From NCBI GenBank assembly GCA_964035575.1, contig OZ037833.1, positions 1,860,001 through 1,924,000 on the forward strand: a stretch of DNA of 64,000 bases. Reading direction: 5' to 3'. The position numbers were made by a program, and so were the translations under genes. The stretch comes from Rhynchopus sp. YZ270_cl-10 (taxonomy: Eukaryota). Below, in pieces: positions 1 through 12,689 of this stretch; position 1 is the stretch's first letter; each line of letters starts with the position of its first letter. Under the pieces are notes generated by a model, which had not been told where the DNA came from, did not search any database, and worked only from the letters and a program-made list of their open reading frames with translations.

Positions 1-457
1 TGGAAATTGAGATTGAAATGATGACAAAAAAAGGGGTTGTTTTTTTTGTTCGCTTTATCGTATTTGTAAAGGGTCAAGAGAGGGGGTCAGAAGGGTCTTG
101 AGGAAACGAAGGGGGCATGTTGTGGTGAAAAACAGCCAGTAAGGTTGGAGAGGGCAGGTGTGGGATGGGGGGTAGATGGAGTAACAAAAAAAGGAAAGAT
201 GTGATCCTGCAAAACACTTCTTCGGGGAAGAGGAAGCACAGGCACTCCCCTATATCAAACCCCCTCCAGGAGTTAAAAAAAACGACCAAGGCAAAACGCC
301 TTTCACTGTGGTTTTCCTTGAAGAAAAAAAATTTGGTCAGACGAACCCAAGCTTCACACACTCAGGCATCTTCCCCTAAATACAAAACACCCCCCCACCC
401 ACCACCCTTTTTTTTCCAACCCCCTTTATACCACACCCCCAAAAAAAATAATAATCG

Positions 458-2161
458 CTAACTCCCTGTTCCACTATTTTGAGTTTTTTGCCATGAAGCG
501 AGGAGTAGTGAGGCGGGTCCGGTTAATTGGACGGGAGGTTCTGGGGTTGATGCGGACGCGTGGGTGCCTTGTGTGAGAGGCAGGGAGTGGGTGGAGTGTG
601 TTTTTGAGAGGGTGCCCCGTGGGGTGCGGGGGGTTTGTGTTTGGAGGCGTTCGCAGAGCGAGGCTGGGCCGAGGGAGGAGGAGCGGTCGGCTTTGTCGTC
701 GAAGCCTTTGAGCATGCTTTGGTGCTCGGGGCTTTGTGCAACCAGGCGCATGACGTGCTGTACCAGCAGAAGCGAGAAGTTTGGACACACATTCTGCGCA
801 TCATCCACCAACCTATTCAATCGATTCACACTCTCCGCTACCCCCGCAAACGCCGCACGATGGCTCCGTGACATCTTCACCAACGCAGGCTTCACCACAC
901 TCTGATACGCCGCAGTACTCAACGACACCTGCCCACCACGAGGCGTGCTCATCGGCGTGCTCCCCCGCTCCGCCCCCCTCGGCGTCAAACGCGGTGTATT
1001 CCGCGACCGTGGAGTGATCATTCGTTGTTCACCTAGCGGCACCACACCAGACCCAAGACCGAGAGGGAGGCGAGGAACCGGTACCTTCCCACCATGAGAG
1101 AAGGAGGGAATGCTGCGCAGACCTGGCCGTGCTGCGGCAGTGCTACTCCGTGTGATAGACGGCTGCGACGCAGGGGTGCGTGTAATGCTCACAGAGGAGC
1201 ATGTGTCCGGAAAGTCCCAGTCACTCTTGACACTCTCGTCGGCATCCCCACTCCATGTCCTTCCATGCGCAACCCGCCTCTGTTCTACCTGTGTGCGGCT
1301 CCGTATCCACACCTCCATGACAGGTTGTAGTACAGTGGTCGCCTGTTCCTGTTCTACTTCTTTAATGAAAGGGTGTCGTCCCACCTCTTGTGCAGAAGGT
1401 CGGTGCTCCGGTCGCTTGACAAGGCAATATGAAACAAATTGTTTGAATAACACCGAAAACTCGCCCGGAAGCTGTGGGGGTGTTGCGCGGGGGATCTCGA
1501 ACAGCGCTTTGGAGGGTATTCTGTCGTAGGGGACCTGCCCTGTGGCGATCTCGAAGGCGGTGATGCCGAGAGACCAGACGTCGCATTTTGTGTCGTAGCG
1601 GCCTTGGGAGATGACTTCTGGTGCCATCCAGTTTGGTGTGCCGACGATGCTTTGTTGCTTTGTGGCGGAGGCGGAGGAGATGGAGTTTGAGGAGATCTGC
1701 CCTACTACGCCGAAGTCAGCGACCTTTACGTTGCCTGCTGTGGAGAGGAGGATGTTCGCAGCCTTCACGTCACGGTGCATGCGGCGCAGTGAGTGTAGAT
1801 ACACCAGGGCAAGCAGTACATCACGCAGCACCACAGCGATCTGCTGCTCCGTCAGACGTGACTGTCGTTCCGTCTGCAGAAACCGCACAACGTCTGCCAC
1901 AGAACCCCCTTCCAAATACTCCATCGCAATCCACAGCTTCGACCCCACAACAGTCGACGAAATGATCTTAACCGTATTCGCATGAGAACACTCCCGCATC
2001 GCCCTGCACTCCCGCATCAGCTCATCCAAATCATTCCGCGCTGACTCAAAGTTAATCACCTTTATCGCAACGATGCCATTCCCCGCCTTCTCCCTCCCCT
2101 TATATACCTGCCCAAACGCACCACTCCCGATGCAGTCTAATAACTCATACACCTCACCCAT
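458..2161 (-). CDS. STE20-family (GCK/MST-like) Ser/Thr kinase
   Basis: 567-aa ORF with GSGAFG, VAIK, HRDVKAANILL, DFG and the STE20 signature GTPNWMAPE; low-complexity C-terminus. Confidence 0.9.
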   Translation of the reverse strand: MGEVYELLDCIGSGAFGQVYKGREKAGNGIVAIKVINFESARNDLDELMRECRAMRECSHANTVKIISSTVVGSKLWIAMEYLEGGSVADVVRFLQTERQSRLTEQQIAVVLRDVLLALVYLHSLRRMHRDVKAANILLSTAGNVKVADFGVVGQISSNSISSASATKQQSIVGTPNWMAPEVISQGRYDTKCDVWSLGITAFEIATGQVPYDRIPSKALFEIPRATPPQLPGEFSVLFKQFVSYCLVKRPEHRPSAQEVGRHPFIKEVEQEQATTVLQPVMEVWIRSRTQVEQRRVAHGRTWSGDADESVKSDWDFPDTCSSVSITRTPASQPSITRSSTAAARPGLRSIPSFSHGGKVPVPRLPLGLGSGVVPLGEQRMITPRSRNTPRLTPRGAERGSTPMSTPRGGQVSLSTAAYQSVVKPALVKMSRSHRAAFAGVAESVNRLNRLVDDAQNVCPNFSLLLVQHVMRLVAQSPEHQSMLKGFDDKADRSSSLGPASLCERLQTQTPRTPRGTLSKTHSTHSLPLTQGTHASASTPEPPVQLTGPASLLLASWQKTQNSGTGS

Positions 2162-2474
2162 TGTGGGGGTGAAGAGAAGAGGGCTGTAGGGTAGAGTGGG
2201 TGAGGGAGGTGAAGGGAAGTCTTGCGGTTAGTGTCCCCCAATAGGAGGAGAATGGGAAAATTCAAGAGGAAGGGGAGGGGAATGAGGGGTTTGGTGGCTA
2301 GAAATAAAGATAACTTTGAACGGGTCGAATACCCGTTTCAAAGATAAAAAATGGGGGGCGTACGAAGAGAATAAAAGCTATTCCTAGAATACGATTATGA
2401 ACCACGTTGTTTGGTCTGACCATTAGGACCGGGGTTGGCAAAAAAAAAAAAAAGATTTCCATTTGGGAGACGCT

Positions 2475-4307
2475 TCAAAAGCTTTTAACGCCGCCTTCAG
2501 GGGCTCCTGCCTGTGGTGTGCTTGCCTGCTGTGCGCGCTGCTGCTGCTCGAGGGCCTGCAACCGCTCTGCCTCCTCCTTCTGCAGCCCCTCCACAGCCAG
2601 CTGGTGGCACTGCTCCTGCCGCTGCTTCTCCAGTTGCTGCCTGTGTGCGGCTAGCTGCTCCTCCGTCGGCTCAATACCCTGCTGTGCGAACGGGTTAGCT
2701 TCCTCATCCTCAACGTTAAAGTACTGTGGGGTTGTTAGCGGTGAAAAGGGAAAGGGAGGGAACGGAGTTGTGTGGCATACCTTTTCGAGAACCGTTTCCG
2801 CAAGATCAGCAAGGTTCCGGTTGTTGTGACTCCGACAGTCCTCAATGTTCTGTGCCCCACCACAGTCAATTACGATGTTGGAAAACTTGTTTACCTGTGG
2901 TTGGTATGTAGAAAAAGGATTCGGATCGTTGCAAAAGACGTACCTCACCACTTCTCCCTGCAATGACGGCACCCTTCGCAAGGAAAAGATCAACCGTTTT
3001 GATCGCGAGCTCGACGTTCTGTTCAAAAGAAAGAGTTTTGCTTATGGACACCTATTGCATACCTCCATTGTCGTCTTTGTCGGGTTGATTATGCTGCACA
3101 GCGGCTCGAGCACACCGTGGTCTACAAGGAAGAGCACTTCCTCAACGAAGCAGTCGTTCGAGAGAATGTTGCTGATGACCCACATGGCCTCCTTCTTGCA
3201 GCCATTGTCGCCACGTTCAAGTACCTGCACGATAGGGGGAATCAACGCGTTCTGTAGAAGGGACTGTATATTTTGCTTCGAACCCGCAGCAATGTTGCTC
3301 AGAATCCATAAGACCTCCCTCTGGACACCGTGCTTCTGGTCTTGAATGACAAAGTGCAGGGTAGGAAGAAGGCCCTCGTTTATCACCTGGTCTGTGATGT
3401 TTTGATCCGAGGTTTGCACGAGATTGCCCAAAATGCGCAACACTGTGCGTCGCAGGTTCGTGTACGCTTCGTAGGAGAGGTTAATGAGGCGTGGCACAAC
3501 ACCGAGCTCGAAGGCCACTGCGGCACAGCGTGGGTCGCCTGTGAGTGCCATGAGAGTGTGCGCTGCGTTGATGAGGATCTCTTCGTCGGGTTGCTTCAGA
3601 AGCACGTTCACAAGAATAGGGATGAATTGGTGTGCACCTGGAGGCATTGGGCTCTCCTTGCAAATTGTGTGCATCACCCAGACAGCGACGTTGAGCTCAC
3701 GCACCGCACTGCAACCAGAGTTCACTTTGTTCACCAGCATCTCAATGAAGTTCAGTCCTACAACTACGTCACGGTACTTCACATCGTCGCCGCAGACGTT
3801 ACCTATGGCCCAGAGCGACTGTGTGGCGACCTTTGTATCGTGGTGGAGGGTGCATTGGATGAGGAGGGGGATGACACCGTTGTTGACAAACTCGCGGGTG
3901 CATTCTTCGTCATCAGCGATGAGGTTCGTTACGATCCATGCGGCCTCGACCATCATGTCGGAGTTGTTGCACTGCAGGAAGGAGCAGATGCGTTCGATGC
4001 AGGAGCTTTCTGCTTTGAGGCACTGTGCGACATTTGTGGGCTGGTCGTCTGCAGGGCAGAGGAGCATCCGTATAGCGCGCAGGGCCTGCCCGACTTCCTG
4101 CTCGGAGTTGCTGTAGAGCTGTTTGTGTAGTGCAGGAATCGACTCCACGGTGAGGTTCGCAGGTTTGGTTTCGCTCGCATCCGCCAAACGCCGCTTCTTC
4201 AACGACTCCTCCTTCTTCTTCCGCCGCATAGAGACCGCAGCAGTCACACGTTTCTCCTTCTCATGGTTAAGCGAAATACCCGCCTTTGCAGTCCCAAGAG
4301 ATGACAT
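2475..4307 (-). CDS. Importin-alpha (karyopherin alpha), paralog 1; 4 exons
   Basis: IBB-like N-terminus (AVSMRRKKKEESLKKRR); ARM repeats (EAAWIVTN, SLWAIGNVCGD, EVLWILSNIAAG, EAMWVISN); GT-AG introns at 3019-3062, 2895-2943 and 2724-2780 join the ORFs in frame; ATG at 4307. Confidence 0.9.
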
Positions 4308-4840
4308 TGTGTGTAGTGGCCCTGCGGTGCATAAGGAGGTTCGGTTGAAAAGAGAGAAAGGGAGGGAAAGGTGGGGGGCGTTTGTTTCGGGTGCGTTGAT
4401 GTCTTTTGACTGACCGATTTGATTAAAAGTTGCTGACGCATCCGAAGGAGAGACAAAAAAAGAGAGATTTGAAAAAGGGAAAGAGAAAGAGTCCCGCACG
4501 AAAGATAGATTTGTTTTGGGAACTCATAAAAGGCACGTTCGAGGGAGAAGTGCGAAAAGGCATTTTGATCGCCTTTGTGGCCTTTGCTGTTGCTGTTGGT
4601 GTGTACCCAACCATCATTCTAGTACACCTGACACTCTGGTGGCCTGCATTTGTTGCCTGCAGCATGCACTGAGCGGGTGGTCCAAAGTTGCCACCAACAT
4701 CAAATAGGCAGCTCCGAACTATATCGTAGACAAAAACCTGGTCGGGGGAGGCACGTAACAGCTCTCACGACCTTGAGACACATCTGCAGACAGCACAGTC
4801 ATTCCTGTACAGGAAATCACCGTTTTGTTGGACGATCACC

Positions 4841-6592
4841 TTACCATGAGTGTGGCGCACCGTGGTCCATTTGCTGTTCGTAACCGCTTCCGCCGTGCCC
4901 GCCCCCATCAGAAGCGAACTGTGTGTGTGGGTGTGGGTTGTAAGTGATTTGGAGAGAAATATGCGTAGTATTGTTGCTTCTGCCGTGCTGCTCTTCGCCG
5001 TTGTTTTTTGGATGAATTGCCCCAAGCAAGGCATACCTTTCTGGTTATTTTCACTGCCAGCTTCGCCGCGTTCCCTTCTCCATGGTGTGCAAGATCCTCT
5101 ATCGCTTGCACCCCACCACTCTCAGTCAGCACGCGGGCAAACACATTCACCTGTTGGGTGCAATGTGTTTTGTTTTGTTTATTTTGCCCTGCAATTTTAG
5201 GTACCATACGAAACATACATTACCACCCTGCTCCTGCGCAATTTGAGCACCTTGGTCCAGCAAAACTGACACGGTTTCGAGGGCAAGACACACGTTTTCC
5301 TGATTTTTTTTATTTGATAATATTCTATACCCCTCTCTATTACATACCATTTCCCCCGCACCGATGATGACACTGGACAGCGGCCCTACTATGCCACACT
5401 CTGCGAGATAGAGAACGTCTTTGTGTGTGCAGTTCCCCCCTGAGAGGATATTACGAACAACCCACATGGCCTCACGCTTGGCAAGGTTGTTGCCACGTTC
5501 AAGGCAGGACACGACAGAGGGGATGAACATATAACGGATGAGCGAGGCAATGTTGTGCTGCGACCCTGCCGCGATGTTGCTCAGCAGCCAGAGCACCTCC
5601 TTGCGGAGCGCTGCGCTGTGCGATGATGTCAGCACGACATGCAGGGGTGGGAGCAGCCCCATGTTGATCACATCATCTGTCAGTTTTTGATCATCCGTTG
5701 ACAGCATATTACCTAGAGTACGGAGCACTGCACGCGACAGCTTTTCATTTTCTGATGTACACAACTTTATTAACCTCGGCACTATCGCATAATGAAACGC
5801 AAGAGTCGACATCTGTGTGCTCATATCTGTCAAATACGCTAAGGCAAAGCCGGCATTGATCAACACTTCTTCGTCGGTCTGCTTCAACAACACATCTGCC
5901 ATTACAGGGAGAAGGGGTTGAACCACTTCGATTGGAGGAGACGGCTTTTCCTTTACAATGGTCACCGCAACCCATACTGCAACCCGCAGCTGCCGCAGCG
6001 TCGAATACTGGCCAATCTTTGCGAGAAGAAGGTCCATAAAGTTCATTCCTATCACCGCATTCCGGAAGTTAAAATGCTCTCCACATACATTCCCAATCGC
6101 CCAAAGCGCTTGAGTAGAAACCTTAGGAGTACCTTGCGCTATAAGACCAAGTAAATGCGGGATAACCCCGCTGTCCATAAAGTCTCTGGTACACCCTTCA
6201 TCATCTGCAATAAGATTTGTCACAACCCAGGCTGCCTCTACCACCATGTCTTCGTTGTCGGAGGAGAGGAAGGAGCACACCTTTTCGATACATCCCGCTT
6301 CTGCCTTGATATGTTGTGCAACGTTGGTTGGGGCATTGTCGGGTGGGCACAACAAAATACGGAGTCCCTGCAACCCACCAAGCACCTCCTCCTGTACTAC
6401 CCCGTGCAACTGCTGATGCAGCGCAGGGATCGCAGCCACAGTAAGATCCCCGCGGACCGCCTCCCCCGGCTCGTTCAACCTCCTCCTCTTTGTCTCCTCC
6501 ATCCTCTTCTTCGATCGCATCGATACTGCCTGCAAAATACGTTTATCCTTCTCCTTCCCAAGGTTGATCCCCTCTTTAGATGACCCTGACAT
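4841..6592 (-). CDS. Importin-alpha, paralog 2; 4 exons
   Basis: Same IBB and ARM motifs as paralog 1; GT-AG introns at 5300-5347, 5151-5218 and 4919-5036, at positions equivalent to paralog 1; last exon less certain. Confidence 0.85.
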
Positions 6593-7375
6593 ACTCAGAC
6601 TTTGGCTTGTTTTTTGTGTATCACTGTAAATTAAAGGGGAGTGAGATCGGGGAAACGCAAACATCCAAAAAAAAATGTGGAAGTGTTCTCAATTCCCCTT
6701 CCAACCTTACGTTGAGTAAGGGGCAAAAAGTAATAAAATAACCTCGGTTTCAAGCTTTTTCAAGATCCTGATAGATCCCTAGATCTCCCTAGACGTAGCA
6801 AAGCTACTTCACTAGTTTCTGACCTTAAATGAGAGAGAAAAGAGAGAGAGGGGGTGAATTGAATTAAAACGAAGATAGTGTTACGTTGTATTTTAGGTGG
6901 GGGATGAGGGGGAGGAGGAAGATTTGCAGACACCCAAAAAAAGGGGGGATTTTTTTAAAAGATGCATGTGCCTCAAACAGATGCAGCTAGAAGAGTAATT
7001 TTCATATACTTTCCAAAGAGAAAGCACACAAAGAACGTTCAGCTAGAAGGGGGGGAAAGGGGGTGTCCACTTCCCATGTCATGTGCGTTTTTGAACTCCC
7101 CCACTCGGACTCCCTTTTATGTGAATGGGGGAGTTTGTGCGTGTTTCGAAAAGGGGGGTTGTTTAAAAAAAAATAGTCACCTACTACCCACGAGGTGGCT
7201 GAAGGTGGTAAAAGTATCTAAAAAAAGCGGGATTTTTTTTAAAAAAAAGTGGTCGTATTCATGAACCCTTTAAAAACCCTCCCCATATTGTTTTTTTTTG
7301 TTGTTCCAAAAATATCGGTAAATATGGGGCGGCGCGTGTCTCCTGGGGGGAATCCTTTTGTGTTCTATGTTACAT

Positions 7376-7966
7376 TTACTCAAGACGCTTGATGATGTGA
7401 AGACCGGAGTCAGTGTCGACAACACCGCTGATCTCACCGGGCTGTGTAGGGGGGTTTTTTTTGTGAAATGAAGAACAGAAAAAAAAGCACACGTCTTTTT
7501 AAAACTCAACTTGAAAATATACTACCTTTTCTCACCCTTTCAGTACACCGGAGGGGAACGCAAGAAGCTTTTGGACACTCTCAGACAAATAAATACAACA
7601 GCCCTCTCGTGAACAGTGTACTTATAATTGGTACACCGTGGGGGTGGACCACCCAACTCATTTCGTTTAAAGATAAAAAATATATACCTGAAGCGCGAAG
7701 GTTGCAGCCTCGAAGGGTGCCTGCATCTCTCCCTTGCCGAAGTGGCCGAGGTCGCCGTTCTGTGCGAAGCTGCCGCAGTCGCTGCGTTCCTTGCAGAGGT
7801 TGCCAAAGGCGTCGGGGTTTGCCTTGGCCTTGTCGAGGTACGTCAGGAGCTCTGCGTTGGCAGCTGCCTTCGAGACATTTGCGGTGCTCTCATTCGTCCT
7901 TCTGCTCTTGGGGTTACGGCTGCCCTCGTGCTTGATCAGCAGGTGCTGGCAACGAACGGTAGTCAT
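7376..7966 (-). CDS. PIN1: Parvulin-type peptidyl-prolyl isomerase (Pin1-like, no WW domain); 2 exons
   Basis: HLLIKHEGSRNP, SDCGS, GDLGHFGKGEMQAPFE; a GT-AG intron at 7442-7687 joins to PGEISGVVDTDSGLHIIKRLE*. Confidence 0.88.
7591..7665 (-). repeat. Dispersed motif family C copy, inside the parvulin intron
   Basis: Plus strand AAATACAACAGCCCTCTCGTGAACAGTGTAC matches the copies at 56862-56966 and 61495-61525. Confidence 0.7.
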
Positions 7967-8744
7967 ATTATATAACGCTCTTTTGTGTGTGTAAGGCTGG
8001 CGGGTGTCTTAGATTGGGAAAAAAAAAATTAGATTCAAAAAAGAAAAAGCGCAAAAGGAGGTGTGATGAGGGAGAAAAGCTTTCTTTTGTTGTACAGACC
8101 ACACGGTGTGTAATAGGGGTGGGGGTGGGGGGGTGGGAGGGAAAATAGAAACTTAACACTCATGAGAAAAAAAAACGATGGGAGAGACATTGCGGTGAAA
8201 CGCACACACCTCGACCTGGTTTGGTGAAGTGGCGCGGTTCTGTCCCTACCGCAAAGTGTGTTCAAAAATGCTTTGTTTCTATTTCCTCCTTCATGAGGTG
8301 ACAAAAAAAAAAATGGGTATTTGTGAGAGCACAATGCATCAGCACTGAATGGAGGTTGTGAAACTGGGGCTCTTTTTGCCATCAAGCAAACGGAGCCCTT
8401 TCTGTTTCTTTGGGGTTTAAAAAAAAAACAATACAACTCTTGCCGTGCTTTTGAGAACGTTCGTTGACTGGGGTGGGGAAGTTTATTTTTTTGCTTGATG
8501 TCTATCGACAATCACTTCACACCGTGATTGAGCTTTTTGGTTCCTCTAAAATGCGGTAATTGTTAAATTTCAGTTATGCCACTGCTTTAACTGACAATGC
8601 TTCGACAGCAGTGGATACATACTCGGGGCACCTGTGGGTGTTCGGTGAGTAATATGTGTAGTATATACAGCGCAAAACACTTCTGCGCTCAGGGGGGGGA
8701 TCGAACTCTGGAGTAGAGCGGAAATAAAATTAGCAACAAAAAGA

Positions 8745-8797
8745 GAAGTTGAAAGTGCAAAACGTCTCACCGTTCATCGGTGGACGCAAGCACTGAC
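8745..8797 (-). repeat. Dispersed hairpin motif family A (representative copy)
   Basis: Plus strand GAAGTTGAAAGTGCAAAACGTCTCACCGTTCATCGGTGGACGCAAGCACTG; related copies at 15699, 19781, 27617, 30009, 30331, 41702, 41811, 42441, 46870, 61431 and 62831, partial copies at 10408 and 47364; all in the same orientation. Confidence 0.85.
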
Positions 8798-8988
8798 AAA
8801 AAAAAACAAAAAAAAAAAAAATGCGAAGCATGTTTCTCCCTACCCCCCTCGCTCATTTTTACCAACTCCTCTTGGTCATTCTAAAAATTAGATCCTCGGT
8901 CGAAAACAGCGACCTGTTTCAGGGTGGATGGGGAAGGTTTTGTACACTGGGGAAGAGGGGGGGAAACTCCATTCGAAACTGAAGCAAA

Positions 8989-9691
8989 CAGGCCTTTTGC
9001 TAACTTTGGGATTTTCCCCAGGAATGGCATGATGGTCAAAAAAAAATAATTTCCTGGAAAAAAAGTACATTCCGAGCTTTCCCACTTGGTAAAAGCGGTC
9101 GTCGCGCGCTTCGCGCGCGCCTCCCTGACAGCCACAGGGTGGAGAGGCGAAGGGTCAGCTTTGCAAGGTAACAAAAAAAAAAACGGAATATAATCCTTTA
9201 TTAACGGTGCTTGGTCTTGCGCCTTACGTACACTAACCGTACAAAATCACTACGTCTTCCAGAAGCAGGGGCTGTTGCAACGGTTGGGTCACTTTGAAAT
9301 AACGATGGTCAAATTTTTGCAGCTTGGGTCAAGTTTCATTTCTGGCTGCAAAATGTAAGGGAATCCCCTTAGGTATTGTAAAATGGCACCGTAGGCAGGA
9401 AGAAAATGGCGTACAGCGCGAGCGAAGCGAGCGGGAATTTTTTTTTTTAGGTATACCTCCGCGAGCGCAGCGAGCAGAAAATTTTTAAGGTGCCATCATG
9501 CCATCATGCCATCATGCCATCATGCCATCATGCCATCATGCCATCATGCCATCTGGGGGGAAATCCCCAGGTTACGGAGAGCGAAAGCCCTGCCCCACCA
9601 CCCCCCGTGGCATGATGGTGGCATGATGGAAAAAAAAATAAAAAACGCCTAAAAACGTGGCATGATGGCATGATGGTTAGCAAAAGGCCTG
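8989..9691. mobile_element. Non-autonomous DNA transposon (MITE) with 16-bp TIR and 9-bp TSD
   Basis: Perfect TIR CAGGCCTTTTGCTAAC (8989-9004 and 9676-9691); TGAAGCAAA duplicated at 8980-8988 and 9692-9700; internal and subterminal TGGCATGA/TGCCATCA repeats. Confidence 0.92.
9491..9553. repeat. Tandem 8-mer (TGCCATCA)x~8 inside the MITE
   Basis: Direct count; inverted copies at about 9025, 9608 and 9658. Confidence 0.95.
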
Positions 9692-10532
9692 TGAAGCAAA
9701 CGAAAAAAAAAAAAAAAAAAAACTTGAAACGCAAAGGATCACATGAATGCACGTCGGGATGGGGGGTGGAGGCACACCAATAAGCGAAAATATTAAGACG
9801 GAGTTTTTCCCCCTCCCAATTGCAGTAGAACAAGCGAGTCGAAATTTACCCCCGCCCCCATTCATTCCCTCCCACACCCCCTTTTTTTTGTGAACCAAAT
9901 TCCTCCAGGATTAATTTTGCGTAAAGCGGCTGGCATAGCAACCCCTCACGACCGCACTCCATGCGCTGTTTTTTATTATTATTGTTTTTGATAAAATTGA
10001 TAAAATTAGTCGCCTCGCATTTTCTTTTCGTGTGATTGGGGGGAGAAATAACGAATCGTTTATAGTAAAGTGTTGCAACCACGTCACTAAATATGACTTC
10101 ATACATAACACAACAACGGCGATTTTCCAAGCTTAGTACAAAGTAACTGAAACGCTATTCCTTTTTTTGTTCACCTTTTTTTGATAATCTGTTGATTTAG
10201 TGTGAGTCATTCAGAAAACAATCTTCATCTGATCTAACACCCGTTGGATTCAGTTGCAACTATCCTTTCACGTAAGGAGCTTATTGTGTTCTATTTTTTT
10301 GTCTCATCGACAAAATCCAAATCACTATTAATCATAGATGAACTGAAGCCTCTCGTGCTTAGCCGCCTTACAAAAAAAAAAAAAGTGAGGAAGGAAAGAA
10401 AGAAGGCTGAAAGTGCAAATTGTGAATTGTTGTGACTATGTTTGGGTAAAAACATTAAATCACCCCCAAAAAAAAAAACACAGCAAGATAAATTGTTGCC
10501 AAACGATTCCACAAAAAATGACGCATCAGAAA

Positions 10533-11274
10533 GGGAAGGCATATAAAACATTTTGGCGGACATTTTCCGTGTAATTTTTTGGAGGCGGGGGGGTGGGGGG
10601 GTGTCGGACATTTTTTTTTTATTTTTATTTTTTCCCGCTGGTTTTTGGGTGACAGGGTGCGGATTCATGACCTAAAACACAGTTTTTTGGCATTTTCCCG
10701 AATCCGTCCAGAAAGTGGTGGGGTCGGTGTTGAAAATTGGACAATTTTTTGACCACTTAAATTTTTGAAAATATGAGCCCGGTCACTAATAGGTGGCCCA
10801 TTTTCGGCCAAAAAATGCTCATGAAATCGAAAAATTTTCCCTGGAAAAAAAGTGGGTTTTCAGCCCCAAAACATGCCGCGATTGGCATTTCCGGAATCTG
10901 TCCGCGCTGTGGTGGGGTCAATTTGCCGAAGTGGCCAAGTTCTTGGTTTTGGTCAAAATGAGTGTAAGGTAAAGGGCAACGTAAACCCCACACCTAGATT
11001 TTCTCCCTCTGATGCTGAAACCATGAAAATGTGCGAAAACACCAACATTTGCATTTTCGGAATCTGTCCGTTGTGTGGTGGGGTCAATTCGCCGAAATGG
11101 ACGAGTTTCTATAAATTTTGGTCAAAATCGTGTACAACCCCGGTAAAAACCCCAAATGTCCGCAATTTTCTGACCAAGAAAAAAAAGAAAAAAAAATGTC
11201 CGCCAAAAATCTGGTCCGTGGGGGGGTGGGGGGGAGTCGGACAATGTCCGCCAAAATGTTTTATATGCCTTCCC
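10533..11274. mobile_element. MITE with 32-bp TIR (GGG termini, possibly PIF/Harbinger-like)
   Basis: Perfect TIR GGGAAGGCATATAAAACATTTTGGCGGACATT (10533-10564 and 11243-11274); AAA on both flanks (possible 3-bp TSD); subterminal ATGTCCG repeats and G-tracts. Confidence 0.85.
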
Positions 11275-11851
11275 AAACTAAATACCTAAAAAAAAAAGTT
11301 TTGTTAGATGAACTTAAGCTTCACCTAAGCCTTAACCAAAGACACGGAAATAAAATGAGGCTCTCCAGGGCAAAAATCCGCTTTTTCCACACCACACAAC
11401 GACATTATAAAAACCCCTAAAACCCCCCAAAAAAAACGTACAACAGCGATTATAGAATGAGAATAGGTGGGGGAGGAGGGGGAGGAATCATACATCAAAG
11501 GGCTGCCCGCGAGCTCAGCGACAGCCTCCTCTGAGAGTCCCAGCGAGAAGGCTTCTTCTGCCGCACTGCAGCTGATCACAAGGCTGCCGGTGCAGGAGGT
11601 CGACATGGGGAGCGCAGACCGGCTCAGCGAGGAGGGGAGCTGGTTCAGGCCAACATCTGCACAAGCAAGAAAGGATGGAGGGGGGAAGGGTAACAATACG
11701 GAACCATAAATATACAAAAGAACGCGTTTCGATGAAAGCGGCGTGTTTTTCGCAAAACAACGTGTTTCGAAGAAAAGTTTAATATGGCTGACGACCCCAA
11801 AATAGCACTTTATCACACTTTTTCGCACCCCCCTTTAACCACCATTTATAA

Positions 11852-11885
11852 GATGATCCTAAGCCTCTCGTGCTTGGTCACCTTG
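11852..11885 (-). repeat. Dispersed hairpin motif family B (representative copy)
   Basis: Plus strand GATGATCCTAAGCCTCTCGTGCTT(A/G)GTCACCTT; near-identical copy at 27571-27604; variants at 10337, 11307, 15212, 15648, 21435, 30085-30170, 30287, 61213-61283 and 63732. Confidence 0.8.
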
Positions 11886-12689
11886 ATCACACTTTTAACA
11901 AAGTGAACTGAGAGACGCATTGAGAGGAGAGAGAGGGGGTACTGGGCATACATGGCATCGAAACCCTCCCTCCCCGGAGGTTGTTCATCATTGCGCGATG
12001 CGCGGCGCCGCGAATCATTGTGCAAAAACACGAGAACCTCTCTGCCTGGTGTTGGTGTTGGTGTGGTAGATTGTAGGTGTCAAATGAATGAGGGGGGGTT
12101 TGTTTGAAATACGGGGGTGTACGGATACCGCAAAGATAAAAAAAAAATTGAGGGGGAAATCGTCTCTTTTTTTGTATATAACTGCCCCGGTCTTCCACCA
12201 CCTTGACACCCTCTCCAAAATCGAGGAAAGGGAGAGAAGGCGAGGGAAGACCTCTTTGAGGCCATAATAGTATACTTCTTATCCATACTCTTGCGTTGGG
12301 AGAGGGCTTGGGTTGTTGTCCTCACTTTTTTTTTTTTGTTGGTGTCTCAATGTTCCATTTTGTCATGAGGGGAGTTGGGAAAAGGGGATTGAAAATATCA
12401 GAGACATCTCATCCGTTTTCAGGGAATTTTTTTACACCACTTTTTGCATATTTTTTTTTTCTTAGAATCATGAGAACCCACTTTTTTTTTTCCTTTTTTT
12501 TGAAATTCTGAAAAAACTTCGGGGAGAGAAAGGGGAACACCCTTTCCTTTTTTTTGGCGGGCAAATAACCCACACCGTGGAAGCTATGAGCGAATTTGCT
12601 GTTTTCCCCCAGATCCCCACATTTTCTCTTCCCCCCCTCCCTCCTCCTCCCCCATGCCTCTCTTGCCCCATATCTTTTTCATAAAAGTC

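Noticed and set aside
9491..9553. Regular repeat array as a possible CRISPR
   Set aside because: 8-bp head-to-tail units with no spacers, inside a TIR/TSD-bounded MITE, in a eukaryotic context
11852..11885. Family B loop CTCTCGT as an HDV-like ribozyme L3
   Set aside because: No P1, P2 or P1.1 pseudoknot partners found; it folds as a simple hairpin
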